Below are positions 33,916 through 44,100 of a DNA stretch of 64,000 bases, in pieces (positions within the stretch are counted from its first letter, which is position 1; each line of letters begins with the position of its first letter). The notes below the pieces were generated by a model. The model did not search any database. It was not told the DNA's origin and saw only the letters and a list, made by a program, of their open reading frames with translations. The stretch lies in assembly GCA_963725865.1 (NCBI GenBank), contig CAVSAC010000010.1, positions 256,001-320,000 of the forward strand, in the 5' to 3' direction. This DNA is from Candidatus Eiseniibacteriota bacterium (GTDB lineage Bacteria; Eisenbacteria; RBG-16-71-46). Made by a program: the position numbers and the translations under genes.

Positions 33916-34962
33916 CTAGTCGTCCCGCGGGTGCGGGACGAGCGCGAAGCGGCGCACGCGACCCGCGGCTTCCGCCACCAGCAGTTCGCCGCCCGGCGCG
34001 AACGCCAGCGCGCGCGGCGCGGTCAGCCCGGCGACGGTCGCGAGCAGGCGGCCGCCGGCGTCGAACACCCACAGCCGCCCGGTGGCCTCGTCGGCCACCG
34101 CGGTGCGGAGTGCGTCGTCCACCGCGACCGGCAGCGCGGCGCGGCCCGGCTGGACCGGCAGCGGCCAGCTCGCCACCGCGCGCCCGCCCGCGTCGAGCCG
34201 CTGCACCCGCGCGCCGCCGCGCTCGGTGGTGACCAGCTCGCCCCGCGGCGCCAGTGCGAGGCCGCGCAGGCCCCGGAACGAGCCGGGCCGCGGGCCGAAG
34301 CCGCCGATCGCGCGCAGGAAGGTGCCCGCGGCGTCGAATGCCAGCACCCGGTCGCGCTCGGCGTCGGCCACGAACCAGCCGCCGCCGCGATCGGCGGCAA
34401 GGTCGACCGGGTCGATGCGGCCGAGCTCGTCCGCGAGCGCGGCGCTGGCGAGATCGGCCAGCGTGCCGAGCCAGCGTCCGAACAGGTCGCACGTCACCAC
34501 GCGGCGGTTCTCGCGGTCCAGCACCCCGATCGACAGCGTCCCGAGCAGCGCCACCGCGCCCGGTCGGCGCAGCTGGCCGGTGTCGCTGCCCAGTCCGCCC
34601 GAGACGCCCAGCCAGTTCCCCGCCGCGTCGTAGCGCTCGAGACGATGGAGCGTGGCGTCGCTCACCCACAGCCGTCCGAACGCGTCGACCGCGAGCCCGT
34701 TCGGCTCCACCAGCGCGCTGTCGCCGGCGCTGCGTCCCTCCAGCACCACGCTCGCGCGCAGCTCGAAGGGCGCCGCAGCGGTGCGCGCCGCGGAGTCCGG
34801 CGAGGCACTCGACGCCGGGGCCGCCGGGACGCTGTCGGCGGTCTGCGCCTGCGGGGCCACGGTCGCGGCGCGGCGCGCGGGATCCGCGGGCGCGGCCGCG
34901 AGCGCTCGCGGCGCCCCGGGGGGCGCGAGGGCGAGTACCAGCACCAGCATGGAGACCGACAC
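33916..34962 (-). CDS. Exported NHL-repeat beta-propeller protein
   Basis: Signal peptide; repeats such as EPNGLAVDAFGRLWVSD, PVDLAAD..VAD, PRALAF. Confidence 0.8.
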   Translation of the reverse strand: MSVSMLVLVLALAPPGAPRALAAAPADPARRAATVAPQAQTADSVPAAPASSASPDSAARTAAAPFELRASVVLEGRSAGDSALVEPNGLAVDAFGRLWVSDATLHRLERYDAAGNWLGVSGGLGSDTGQLRRPGAVALLGTLSIGVLDRENRRVVTCDLFGRWLGTLADLASAALADELGRIDPVDLAADRGGGWFVADAERDRVLAFDAAGTFLRAIGGFGPRPGSFRGLRGLALAPRGELVTTERGGARVQRLDAGGRAVASWPLPVQPGRAALPVAVDDALRTAVADEATGRLWVFDAGGRLLATVAGLTAPRALAFAPGGELLVAEAAGRVRRFALVPHPRDD

Positions 34963-34979
34963 GGGAGCCGAGCCCCCCT

Positions 34980-35894
34980 CTAGAATCCCGTCCGCAGCTG
35001 GAGATGGTATGCGGTGGGATCGTTCTCGCCGGCCGGGACGCACTCGAGGTGCCACGTGTGCTGGGTGGCGACCGGCCGGCCCGCGACCCGCGCGGCGTGG
35101 ATCATGCTGACCAGCCGGTTCGCGACCGCCAGCGCGAGCGCGGTGTTGGCGCGCAGCCCGGCGCGCTGCTCGTTCTTGCGCTCGCCACGGTAGCGCAGCA
35201 GATCGGCCACGCTCCCCCACGACCAGGCGTCCTTCCCACCGATCGAGTGCTCGGCGATGTAGGCGCGGTACGCGGCGGGATCGTTGTAGTGCAGGTTGGC
35301 GGCGTCGCGGAACACGACCAACTGGTTGTACTCGTCGCTGCTGAGGAACGAGCCCACGGTGCGGCGGTATTCCTCGTCGCGCCCGCGCAGGTCGACGCCG
35401 GCGTAGATGCGCGCGGTGCGCTCGTAGGTCTGGCGGCGCATCACCTGCTGGATCCGGAACGCGGTGAACGAGCCCCATACTCCCGCCTCGGCGGCCAGGA
35501 ACACCTTCGAGGAGGTGCGGCGGCCGGCGGAGGCCTGTCCCCAGCCGGGCAGCGTGAGCGAGCGCAGCAGCAGGCTCGCGCGGTGAGCGTCGAGCACGGC
35601 CGGCGCGTTCCGCGGCGGGCGTGGGGCGCGCTCCTTGGAGCGGCGGCCGGGCTTGGGCGGCTTGGGCGCGCGCGGGGTGTCCCCGCTGATGCGCGCCGCC
35701 AGCAGCTCCTCGTCGCCGGTGAGCGCGGGCGACTCGAGCGCCAGCGACGACGTCGGCACCGGCGAATCGGCGAACGGCGCCGAAGTCGCGCCGAACAGCA
35801 CCGACGTCACCTCGGCGGCGGACACGCTCGGCAGCGCGACCACGAGCGCGGCCATCCACAGCACGACGCGGGACGGGTGCGGCATCAGCGGCAT
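34980..35894 (-). CDS. Exported/membrane protein (DUF5683-like)
   Basis: RSLTLPGWGQ..G motif, then hydrophobic segments; terminal Phe. Confidence 0.6.
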   Translation of the reverse strand: MPLMPHPSRVVLWMAALVVALPSVSAAEVTSVLFGATSAPFADSPVPTSSLALESPALTGDEELLAARISGDTPRAPKPPKPGRRSKERAPRPPRNAPAVLDAHRASLLLRSLTLPGWGQASAGRRTSSKVFLAAEAGVWGSFTAFRIQQVMRRQTYERTARIYAGVDLRGRDEEYRRTVGSFLSSDEYNQLVVFRDAANLHYNDPAAYRAYIAEHSIGGKDAWSWGSVADLLRYRGERKNEQRAGLRANTALALAVANRLVSMIHAARVAGRPVATQHTWHLECVPAGENDPTAYHLQLRTGF

Positions 35895-36679
35895 CAGAAG
35901 CTCCTCACCAGCACCGCCATCATCGTCGGCCCGCCGCGGCGCCAGCCGCTCTGGAGCCGGAGGTCGAGATTGCGGCGCAGCGGCAGGTCGTGGATGCGGG
36001 CGGCGCGCAGCGCGTCGACCGCGGAGATCGTGTGATTGAGCACCAGCCCCCAGGTCGCGTAGCGGGCGCGGCGCATCAGCTTCTGCTCGTCGCTGCGGAG
36101 GTCGTTGAACGAGCCGCGGGTCGCCTGGGACTCGCCGGCCCAGCCGGCGAGGTAGCGGTCGTCGCCCGCCAGCGTGCGCAGGTAGGCGGAGCGGTCGGCG
36201 GCATAGAGTGCGAGGATCTCCTGCGGATCGCCGCCGGTGGCGCTCGCCCAGCGCTCCGCGGACCAGGCGCTCGCGGGGTCGGTGGGACTGCCCGCGAACT
36301 TCACCGCATCGTCCCGGCGGTCGTCGGCGCCGCGCTTGAAGAGCGTGTGCGAGACCCAGCCCGTGGCCTCCGCGAGCAGGTACAGGTAGCCGCTGTTCTC
36401 CCCCACGTAGAGCTGCCCGGCGCCGGGGATCGCGGCCGACGCGGCGACGGCGGCGCCCTCCGACTTCCAGTCCGCCACCTTCACCTCGGCGTACACGCTG
36501 TCCTCGGACGGTCCCCACGTGCGCTCGATCGCGCGCTGCGCGAGGAACAGCCGCGGCGATTCGGTGCCCGCCATGATCGCCAGCGCGAGTGGCGAGCCGT
36601 GCGTCTCGGTGGCCCACGCCGCGGCCGCCCAGCCGAGCAGCGCCAGCGCGACCACGACCGCCGCCCGCCGCGCGCTCAT
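35894..36679 (-). CDS. Exported/membrane protein (DUF5683-like), paralogue of downstream gene
   Basis: SAAIPGAGQLYVG motif, NHTISAVDA; terminal Phe; ATGA overlap with M6 gene. Confidence 0.6.
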   Translation of the reverse strand: MSARRAAVVVALALLGWAAAAWATETHGSPLALAIMAGTESPRLFLAQRAIERTWGPSEDSVYAEVKVADWKSEGAAVAASAAIPGAGQLYVGENSGYLYLLAEATGWVSHTLFKRGADDRRDDAVKFAGSPTDPASAWSAERWASATGGDPQEILALYAADRSAYLRTLAGDDRYLAGWAGESQATRGSFNDLRSDEQKLMRRARYATWGLVLNHTISAVDALRAARIHDLPLRRNLDLRLQSGWRRGGPTMMAVLVRSF

Positions 36680-39600
36680 CGCAGCAGTCCCACCTGGAGC
36701 GTCTGGTGGTACTCGTGACCCTGCGAGTGGACGCGCACCTGCACCAGGTACAGCCCGGCGGGCAGCGCGCCGGGATCCCACGTCACCAGGTTGTCCGCCT
36801 GCACGCCGTCGCGCGCGAACGACGCCACCTCGTGACCGGACGTGTCGAGCACGCGGAAGTCGACGCGAGCCGGCTCGGTGAGCTGGTAGGCGAACGTCAC
36901 CGGCTTGAATCGCGCGGGATTCGGATACGCGACCAGGGTGCCCTTCACCAGCGGTCCGCTGCTCGCCGCTCGCGCCACCGACGTGCGGGCGGCTGGCAGC
37001 GCGCAGGTGCGGCCGGGATCGCCGCCGAGCATCGGCCAGGCCACCGAGGGGCCGCTGCGCGCGGGCGCTCCGATCGAGTAGGCCCACAGCCGGTCGACGT
37101 GGTCGGGCGCGATCAGCTCGAGCGCGCCGTCGCCGTCGAGATCCGCGAGCACCGGCCCGCCGGCGGCGCCGGCGCCGCTGGCGAGCGGCCAGCCCGGGGC
37201 CTCGCGGCCGGTGGCGGTGAGCGCCGAGATGGTGCCGCTGGCGTTCATCGTCACCACCTCGCTGCGGCCGTCGCCGTCCACGTCGGCCGCCAGCGCCGGC
37301 GCCGCGCTCGGCAGGTCCTCGTCGGTGGGCCGCTTGGGCCAGCCCGGCGAGGGGCCGCCGGTCGCGTTCACGAACGCCACTCCCGAGCGCACGGTCTGCA
37401 CCAGCACCTCGGGATAGCCGTCGCCGTCGGGATCTCCGGCGCCGAGCCCGGGCGCCAGCGAGTCGGGGAAGGCGCGTCCCCAGCCCGGCAGCGGATCGCC
37501 GTTCTCACAGAAGGCGTACAGCCGATCGGTGTCGCGCACCACGAGGGAGTACGTGCTCGCGCACGGCGGCGCCGCCGCGGTGCCGGAGCCGCCGAAGGGG
37601 ATCCACAGGAACTCGGGCTCGAAGCCGGCCCCGTTGCGAACGCGCTTGAGCCACCCGCCGCCGGGGCCCGGCAGGGCGGGGCAGACGCCGAAGCAGAAGG
37701 TGCTGAGCAGCACGTTGCCGTCGCGCGAGCCGGCGGCGAACGCACCGATGAGGGAGGGCGGCTGTCCGGGCGCGGGGGCGTCGGGGCCCACGGCGTCGAT
37801 GCGCACGGCGAGAGTCCCTGAGATGTCGTCCGGCAGCGCGTCGCTGGCCATGATCGGCAGCCCGTCGGTGAGCGCGTAGGCGTGCACGCGGCGGTCGCTC
37901 TGTCCCACGAACACGGCGGCGTTGGGATAGCTGCCGGCGATCACCGGCGGTGTGGCATTCGATCCCACCTTGACCGGGAAGCCGCCGTGCTCGAGGCCCG
38001 CGGCGTCGAAGACGTGCAGCCAGCCGGCGGCGGTGTCGCCCGGGAACGCCTCGCGCGTCACCACCGCGAACAGCGCGCCGGGCGCTCCCACGCCGGGAGC
38101 CGCGATCGCGGCCATGCGCGGGTCGGGGCGCCGGTCGAGGTGCGCGAGCCGCGGCGGGGTCTGGCCGAGGTGGTTGGTGCCGTCGAGCTTCATCACGAAC
38201 ACGTCCGAGGAGTCGGAGCTGTCGCGGGTGCCGCCGGCCCACGCGATCTCGGGCATCAGGTCGCCGTCGGTGTCGACCGCGAGCAGCTCGGCGCCGCCGA
38301 GCGGGAACGGCTCCTTGCGCGGCCAGCCGGGCAGCGCCCAGTCGCGCGACGCGCGGACCCGCATGGTCGCACTCAGCGTGTCGAGGAAATCGACGCGCAT
38401 GTGCGTGCGGGTGCCGATGTGCGGGATCAGGCTGGGCGCGGTGCTGTCGGAGAGCACCGTGTTGTTGCCGACGTAGAACGGATCGAAGCGCGAGGTGAGC
38501 CCGTAGAAGATCGACGAGGGATCGCCGAGATCGTTGAGCCCGTCGGCTTCCACCACGCTCAAGCCGAGCCGGGAGTAGTTGGTGTTGATGCCGTAGTCGG
38601 GATTGACGCGCAGGGCGGTGTCGAGCGGGAACGCGAACTCGAGCGGGATCACGCTCTCGTCGACGTGCCACACCAGGACGCCGCCGCCATCCAGCAGCGC
38701 GTCGTACTCGAAGCGGTCCGGCGCCTTCGGCCCCATGATGACGCGGGTGGTGGAGTCCTGGTCGAGCTGCACCGAATCGGCCGGCGACAGGTAGCGGTTC
38801 TCGAGCAGCAGGTATTCGTCCCCGGAGAGGTCGAGGCGGCGGATGTCGGGGTGCCGCTCGCTGGATCGCAGCGTGTCCTCGACGCCCCAGTCGAGCGGCC
38901 AGCGCTGGATCGCGTCGGTCGCCCAGCCGCGCTGGAGCGGGTCGATGCTCGGCGGCAGCAGGCCGATGACCGGGACGTCGGTGCCGTCCGGGAGGAAGAC
39001 GTGCGCGAACACCTGGTTACCGCTGTCCATCAGGCTCCACTGGCCGACCACCGAGAAGCCCTGTTCGATGTCGTACACGTCGAAGAACCCGAAGAACAGA
39101 TGCCCGCACTCGTGCGCGAGCACGCCGTTGATGGTGCCGTAGAAGCTGCGGGGCAGGTCCTGCGTGATGGTCTCGGGGACGAACGAGGCGCGGTCGATCG
39201 CTCGCGTGGTCGAATCCGGGAAGATCACCACGTCGGTGTCGGACACCCCGATCGTGAACGACGGGATGTCCTCCTTGCTGTCCTGCTGGACGTCGCTCTG
39301 CAGGTCGCTGCCGGCGTGGATGATCACGATGCGGTCGTAGCGGTCCCACGGGATCCGATCGCCGAGCGCGATCGACTGCGAGTCTGCGGCAAACAACATC
39401 GTGCGGAACATGTCGACCGCCGCGCGGTAGATGCCCTGCCCGAACGACCAGGGGCCGAAGTCCGCCATGTCGGTGGCCGAGTAGGCGCCGTTCTGCGAGC
39501 GCGGCCACACGTCGGGCTGCACGACCACGCGCCCGTAGGTCTGGACGTCGTAGTAGCGCGCGAGCGCCTCCGCCTGCTTCTCGAAGTACTGGCGATTGCG

Positions 39601-40086
39601 GGGCGCGCGGTCGATCGGCGGGCTGGTGGTGTCGTCAGTGAGATCGAAGTGGCCGTCGCCGGACGAGGCCGATCCGCCACGATCGGTGAGGAAGTCCACT
39701 CGCAGGATCGCGACCCGCAGGGTGTCGGGCGGGCCGAGGTCGGTGGCCTCGGCGTGGCGCAGGCGCGCGCTGCGCGGATCGCGCACGGGGCGAGACCAGC
39801 CCGTGCGGCGGCTGGCGTTCGCGGACCAGTCGAGACCCGGCGCGGCGAGCACGTGCGGGAACGCGTGCGACGCGCGCTGGCGCGCCCGCACCCCCGCGAG
39901 CTCGTCGGGCGTCATGACGCCCGCCCGCACCGGCAGCCCGCGCGCCCGCAGGCGCGCGGCGGCGTCGGGGGTGATCACGCGCTGGACCCGAACGCCAGTG
40001 GTCGCGTGCGCCGAGGCGCCCGCGACCACCGAGGAGACGGCCAGGAGGAGGAGGAAAAGCAGTCCGCGAGGATGGGTCACGTTCAC
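36676..40086 (-). CDS. M6 (immune inhibitor A-like) metalloprotease with FG-GAP/VCBS repeats and C-terminal sorting domain
   Basis: IIHAG, AHECGH, WSLMDSG, YLLLENR; DxDGDG repeats; AYPNP...W...LPAGLYLV. Confidence 0.85.
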   Translation of the reverse strand: MNVTHPRGLLFLLLLAVSSVVAGASAHATTGVRVQRVITPDAAARLRARGLPVRAGVMTPDELAGVRARQRASHAFPHVLAAPGLDWSANASRRTGWSRPVRDPRSARLRHAEATDLGPPDTLRVAILRVDFLTDRGGSASSGDGHFDLTDDTTSPPIDRAPRNRQYFEKQAEALARYYDVQTYGRVVVQPDVWPRSQNGAYSATDMADFGPWSFGQGIYRAAVDMFRTMLFAADSQSIALGDRIPWDRYDRIVIIHAGSDLQSDVQQDSKEDIPSFTIGVSDTDVVIFPDSTTRAIDRASFVPETITQDLPRSFYGTINGVLAHECGHLFFGFFDVYDIEQGFSVVGQWSLMDSGNQVFAHVFLPDGTDVPVIGLLPPSIDPLQRGWATDAIQRWPLDWGVEDTLRSSERHPDIRRLDLSGDEYLLLENRYLSPADSVQLDQDSTTRVIMGPKAPDRFEYDALLDGGGVLVWHVDESVIPLEFAFPLDTALRVNPDYGINTNYSRLGLSVVEADGLNDLGDPSSIFYGLTSRFDPFYVGNNTVLSDSTAPSLIPHIGTRTHMRVDFLDTLSATMRVRASRDWALPGWPRKEPFPLGGAELLAVDTDGDLMPEIAWAGGTRDSSDSSDVFVMKLDGTNHLGQTPPRLAHLDRRPDPRMAAIAAPGVGAPGALFAVVTREAFPGDTAAGWLHVFDAAGLEHGGFPVKVGSNATPPVIAGSYPNAAVFVGQSDRRVHAYALTDGLPIMASDALPDDISGTLAVRIDAVGPDAPAPGQPPSLIGAFAAGSRDGNVLLSTFCFGVCPALPGPGGGWLKRVRNGAGFEPEFLWIPFGGSGTAAAPPCASTYSLVVRDTDRLYAFCENGDPLPGWGRAFPDSLAPGLGAGDPDGDGYPEVLVQTVRSGVAFVNATGGPSPGWPKRPTDEDLPSAAPALAADVDGDGRSEVVTMNASGTISALTATGREAPGWPLASGAGAAGGPVLADLDGDGALELIAPDHVDRLWAYSIGAPARSGPSVAWPMLGGDPGRTCALPAARTSVARAASSGPLVKGTLVAYPNPARFKPVTFAYQLTEPARVDFRVLDTSGHEVASFARDGVQADNLVTWDPGALPAGLYLVQVRVHSQGHEYHQTLQVGLLR

Positions 40087-40093
40087 CCCGGGT

Positions 40094-41041
40094 TTAGAAG
40101 CGGTACCCCAGGGTGATCTTCTTCACGTAGTCGAGGCCCGAGTCCTTCGCCTGCGGGATGCCCGCGAAGTCGAGGCTGAGCTTCTTCCAGTTGATGCCGA
40201 GCCCGTAGGTGAGGTCCTTGATGTCCCCGAGCGGGTCGTCGTAGTAGCCGAGGCGCCCGGCGATCTGATCGGTGTAGCGCGCCTCGACGCCGCCGTTGTA
40301 GACGCGGAAGTCGTTCGTCACCAGCGACTGGTTGAAGTCGCCAACGATCATGAACGCGAGCTGCTTGCTCTGTAGCGCGGTCCACGCCGCGCCCACGCGC
40401 ACGTTGCGCGAAAGCGGGCTCGCCTGGTCCTCGTTGATGAACGTCACGCTCGGCCCGAGGTTCTGCACGTTCACGCCCAGATTGAGCCGGGCGGCCGGGA
40501 TCTTGTAGAGCGCGCCGAGGTCGAGACCGAACGTGGAGCCGACGCCGCTCTGGCTGGTCGGCGCCAGCTGGATGCGGATGTACTTGAGCGTCGCTCCGAC
40601 CGCCAGGTCGGGCAGCAGCCGGGTGCCGTACGAGAGCGCCGGCGAGAACTCGTTCGAGCCGAACGTGCCGGTCGAGTTGCCCGAGGCATCCGCGCCCTCG
40701 CTCTGGCCGTAGGAGAGGAACACCAGCCCGAAGCCGAAGGCGCCCCAGCCCTCCATCGGCTGGACCCAGGTCCCGTAGTTGTAGGTCACGTCGGTCGCCA
40801 GGCCGGGCACCAGCTGCGCGTAGGTCAACTCCACCGCGCTCCGTTCCGCGAAACCGAGCCCCGCCGGGTTCCACCAGGTCGCCCCGGTGGCGTCGTCAGC
40901 CACTGCGACGCCGGCGGCACCCATGCCGTTCCAGCGGGCGCCGGGCTGGATATCGAGCGACCGGCCGGTGCCCTGGGCGTGCGCGACGGACGACAGACTC
41001 ACCCCGACCAGGACCGCCAACACCGTGGTCTTCAAGCGCAT
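40094..41041 (-). CDS. porV: PorV/PorQ-family outer-membrane beta-barrel (type IX secretion)
   Basis: GARWNGMGAAGVAVADDATGATWWNPAGL, DLGALY, QNLGP, terminal LGYRF; directly after porU. Confidence 0.85.
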   Translation of the reverse strand: MRLKTTVLAVLVGVSLSSVAHAQGTGRSLDIQPGARWNGMGAAGVAVADDATGATWWNPAGLGFAERSAVELTYAQLVPGLATDVTYNYGTWVQPMEGWGAFGFGLVFLSYGQSEGADASGNSTGTFGSNEFSPALSYGTRLLPDLAVGATLKYIRIQLAPTSQSGVGSTFGLDLGALYKIPAARLNLGVNVQNLGPSVTFINEDQASPLSRNVRVGAAWTALQSKQLAFMIVGDFNQSLVTNDFRVYNGGVEARYTDQIAGRLGYYDDPLGDIKDLTYGLGINWKKLSLDFAGIPQAKDSGLDYVKKITLGYRF

Positions 41042-41178
41042 ATGCGATTCTACCTCCAGGACGGAATACCCCCACTCGCAGAGCGGACAGGGATACTACA
41101 CCGCACGGCCGCGATCGGCTCCCGAATTCTGAGGTCCGGCCGGCCGCGGCGGCTGGCCAGTCCCCACGGAGCCGGGCG

Positions 41179-44100
41179 TCAGTGACCTACCACCACCACC
41201 CGCCCCTCCCCGATGGCTCGCTGACGAGCGCTGCTCTTTCCATCCTCGACGCGGGCGTAGACGTAAACCTTATAGAAGTAGACCCCGTTGGCCAGGGCGT
41301 CGCCGTCGGCGTCGAGCCCGTCCCACGGCAGCTGCACCTGACCGAGGCCGCCGGGGGCCACCAGGGTGCGGATGAGGCGTCCCGTGACGGTATACAGGCG
41401 CAACAGGACGTTGATCGAGTCGCCCGGTGCGTCCACCACGAACGTGCCGCCGCCGCCGGAGCCGCCGGAGCGGGCCGGGTTCGGGAACAGGTAGGTGCGG
41501 GCCACCGAGAGCGGCGGTGTGTCGACCACGTCGAATGCGATGACCGCGCTCGCGCGATGCTGTCCGGCCGACAGTCCGAGCGCCAGGTTGTCCGCCGCCG
41601 ACACCCGGATGGTGTGCGAGCCGGGAGCCAGGTCCGGCAGCTGGAAGGTCGCGTTGCCGTTCTGATACGAGTCCGCCGCGTAGCGGAACGACGAGGTGAT
41701 GTCGGTGCGGGTGGTGGTGTTGTCGTCGATGGTCACCACGATCCCGTTCTGCGGCGTGTGCGCCGTGGTCAGGATGCCGCTCGGATCCGCCAGGTCGACC
41801 TGCAGCAGGGCGTCCTTGCGCACCGAGGTCGAGCCGCCCGCGAACGACAGCGCGATGCGCGGGCCTTCGGCGTCCGAGGCCGAGCTGGTGCCCGCGGTGA
41901 CCGAGGTGAACACGCTGCCGGCGCCGTCGATGGTGCCGCCGGTCAGCGGAGTGCCCTGCACGTAGCCGCGCATGCGCGCGCGACCGCCGAGCCGCGCCTC
42001 CAACGGTGCCACGAACTTGCCCTCGAACCGGCCGCCGTGGACCGAGACGTCGCCGCGGAACATCGCGCCAGCGTAGTAATAGTAGAAGGGCCGGTCCAGG
42101 CAGCCCGGCACGTCGCGGCAGTCGGGCGCCTGCTCGCGCGGCTGCGAGTCCTCGATCAGCACGTCCGCGATACCCTCCAACGGCGCCAGCGGCGCGTCGG
42201 AGCGGGGCGACTCGCGCACCTCGCCGCGGTACGTCACGACCTGGCCCCGCCGCACGTCGGTCACCGGCGTGGTGCCGGCCGAATCCCAGATCGAGAACGT
42301 CACCCACAGCTCCGGCAGGTTGAGCCGCGCACCCGCGTCGCCCATCAGCTGGTACTTCTGCGAGTTCGTGGTCCCGGTCAGCTTGCCCGTCAGCAACGCG
42401 TCGGACAGGCCGACGAAGTAGCGCCCGGAACCGGCGAGGGTGTCGCGCTGGAAGATGCGCGTGAACACCGTGCGGTTGAGCGTCGCGTTCTCGCCGCTGA
42501 ATGCCTCCTCGGTCGCCGAGATCGCCCCCACGGCGCCGCCGGTCCCGCTCAGCACCAGCCGCTCGCCCAGCCCCTGCAACTCGGGGTCGTTGAACTTGCC
42601 GACGTCGCACGAGGCCGAGATGAAGACGGTCGGCTTGTCGTCGTTCTTCAGCGAGCCCGGATCGGAGTACAGGAACACGCCCTCGTCGCTGATCTTGAAC
42701 GCGCTTCCGTGTCCGACGAAGTTGAAGATCTGCACGCCCTCGTCGACGTACTTGAAGATGTCGGAGCGCGCGCCCGGCCGCGTGGAGCCGGGGCCGACCA
42801 GGTACTTGTGCAGGTACACGTAGCGCCGGTCGAGGTGCGGCGGCGTCGCGAATTCGTCCAACTCCGCGGTCTGGCGCAGGTGCGTCCACAACAGGAAGTC
42901 GGGTGAGTCGCCCTTCACGTCGTCGTCCGCCACCAGCATGAGGCGATTGCGGTAGACGCCGAACGGGGCCGTGCGCTCGTAGCTGAGCAGCTTCTTCACG
43001 TAGCCGAGCGCGGTGCTCGCGTCCTCGGCGGGAATGCGTCCGCCGAAGAAGTCCGGGATCACCTGGACGGCGTTGTCGACGTTCAGCATCCAGTCGTCGC
43101 TCGCGAACTGCCGGTCGAGGCCGAAGTCGAATCCGTTCTCGTACGACGGGATCAGCGTGCCCGGCCGCCCCGCGCCCGCCAGTCCGCGCAGGTCCTTGAA
43201 GTCGTACGAGGCGTCGCCGAGCAGCGTCACGAACTGCGGCCGCACCGCCCAGTTGTAGTACGCGGCGCGGAGGAAGTCGCGGATCGCGGCCGGATCCGTG
43301 CGCCCGCCCGAGAACTGGTCGTAGAGCGCAGAGATGGGGATGGACACCACTGTGAACGGCCCCGGCACGTCCACCGGCAGGCGCGTGCGCCGCCACGCGG
43401 CGAGCGAGTCCGCCGCCGCCTTGAATCCGTCGTAGTAGATGATGAGCGCCTGCGCCCGCTGCTCCTCGGACCCGAGGTCCTTGATCGCGACCTGCGCGAC
43501 CGGGGCATCCTCGATCTGGGCGCTCGGGACCGGAGCGATCAGGCTGTCCGGCAGGATGCGGTAGCGCCGCTGCCGCCCCTCGGTCCGCTCGAACACCACG
43601 GTCGAGATCCCCGGCGTGCCCGACGCCTGGTACGTCACGTCCGTGATCTCGAACGGTGCCAGCGGATCGGTCACGTCGAGGACGCGCGGCACGGTCGGCG
43701 AGGTGAACCCGGTGACGTGGTACTCCCACTGCCCGCCCCCGGCCTCGGACTCGAACGCCAGCTGTTCGCCGCTCGCCTCGAAGCGGCGGCGGTAGTAGAG
43801 CTCGACCCACGCGATCGTGATCTGATCGAAGCGAGTGAAACACGACCCGGCCGGCTGCGGCACCGTGAACTCGAGCGAGTTCCGGGTGTGCAACCCGGTC
43901 ATCACCGTGTCGATGATGCGCGTCGCGTAGAGCTGGCTCCACTCGAGGCGCGGCAGCGCGATCCCGTTGAACTGGGTGTCGAGCAGGTGCAACGCCGGCG
44001 GCACGCCGCCGTAGTCGCAGGGGTCGCTCGCGCCCATCCCCCACACCCGCGCGCGCAGCCGGAAGCTCTGCGTGGTGTCGGCGCCGGGCGCGTCCGGCGT

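Noticed and set aside
30106..34983. 1625-aa plus-strand ORF and other long antisense ORFs (e.g. 20479-23772, 46897-50466, 41182-42906)
   Set aside because: Shadow frames of well-supported minus-strand genes in very high-GC DNA; Arg/Ala-rich with no motifs.
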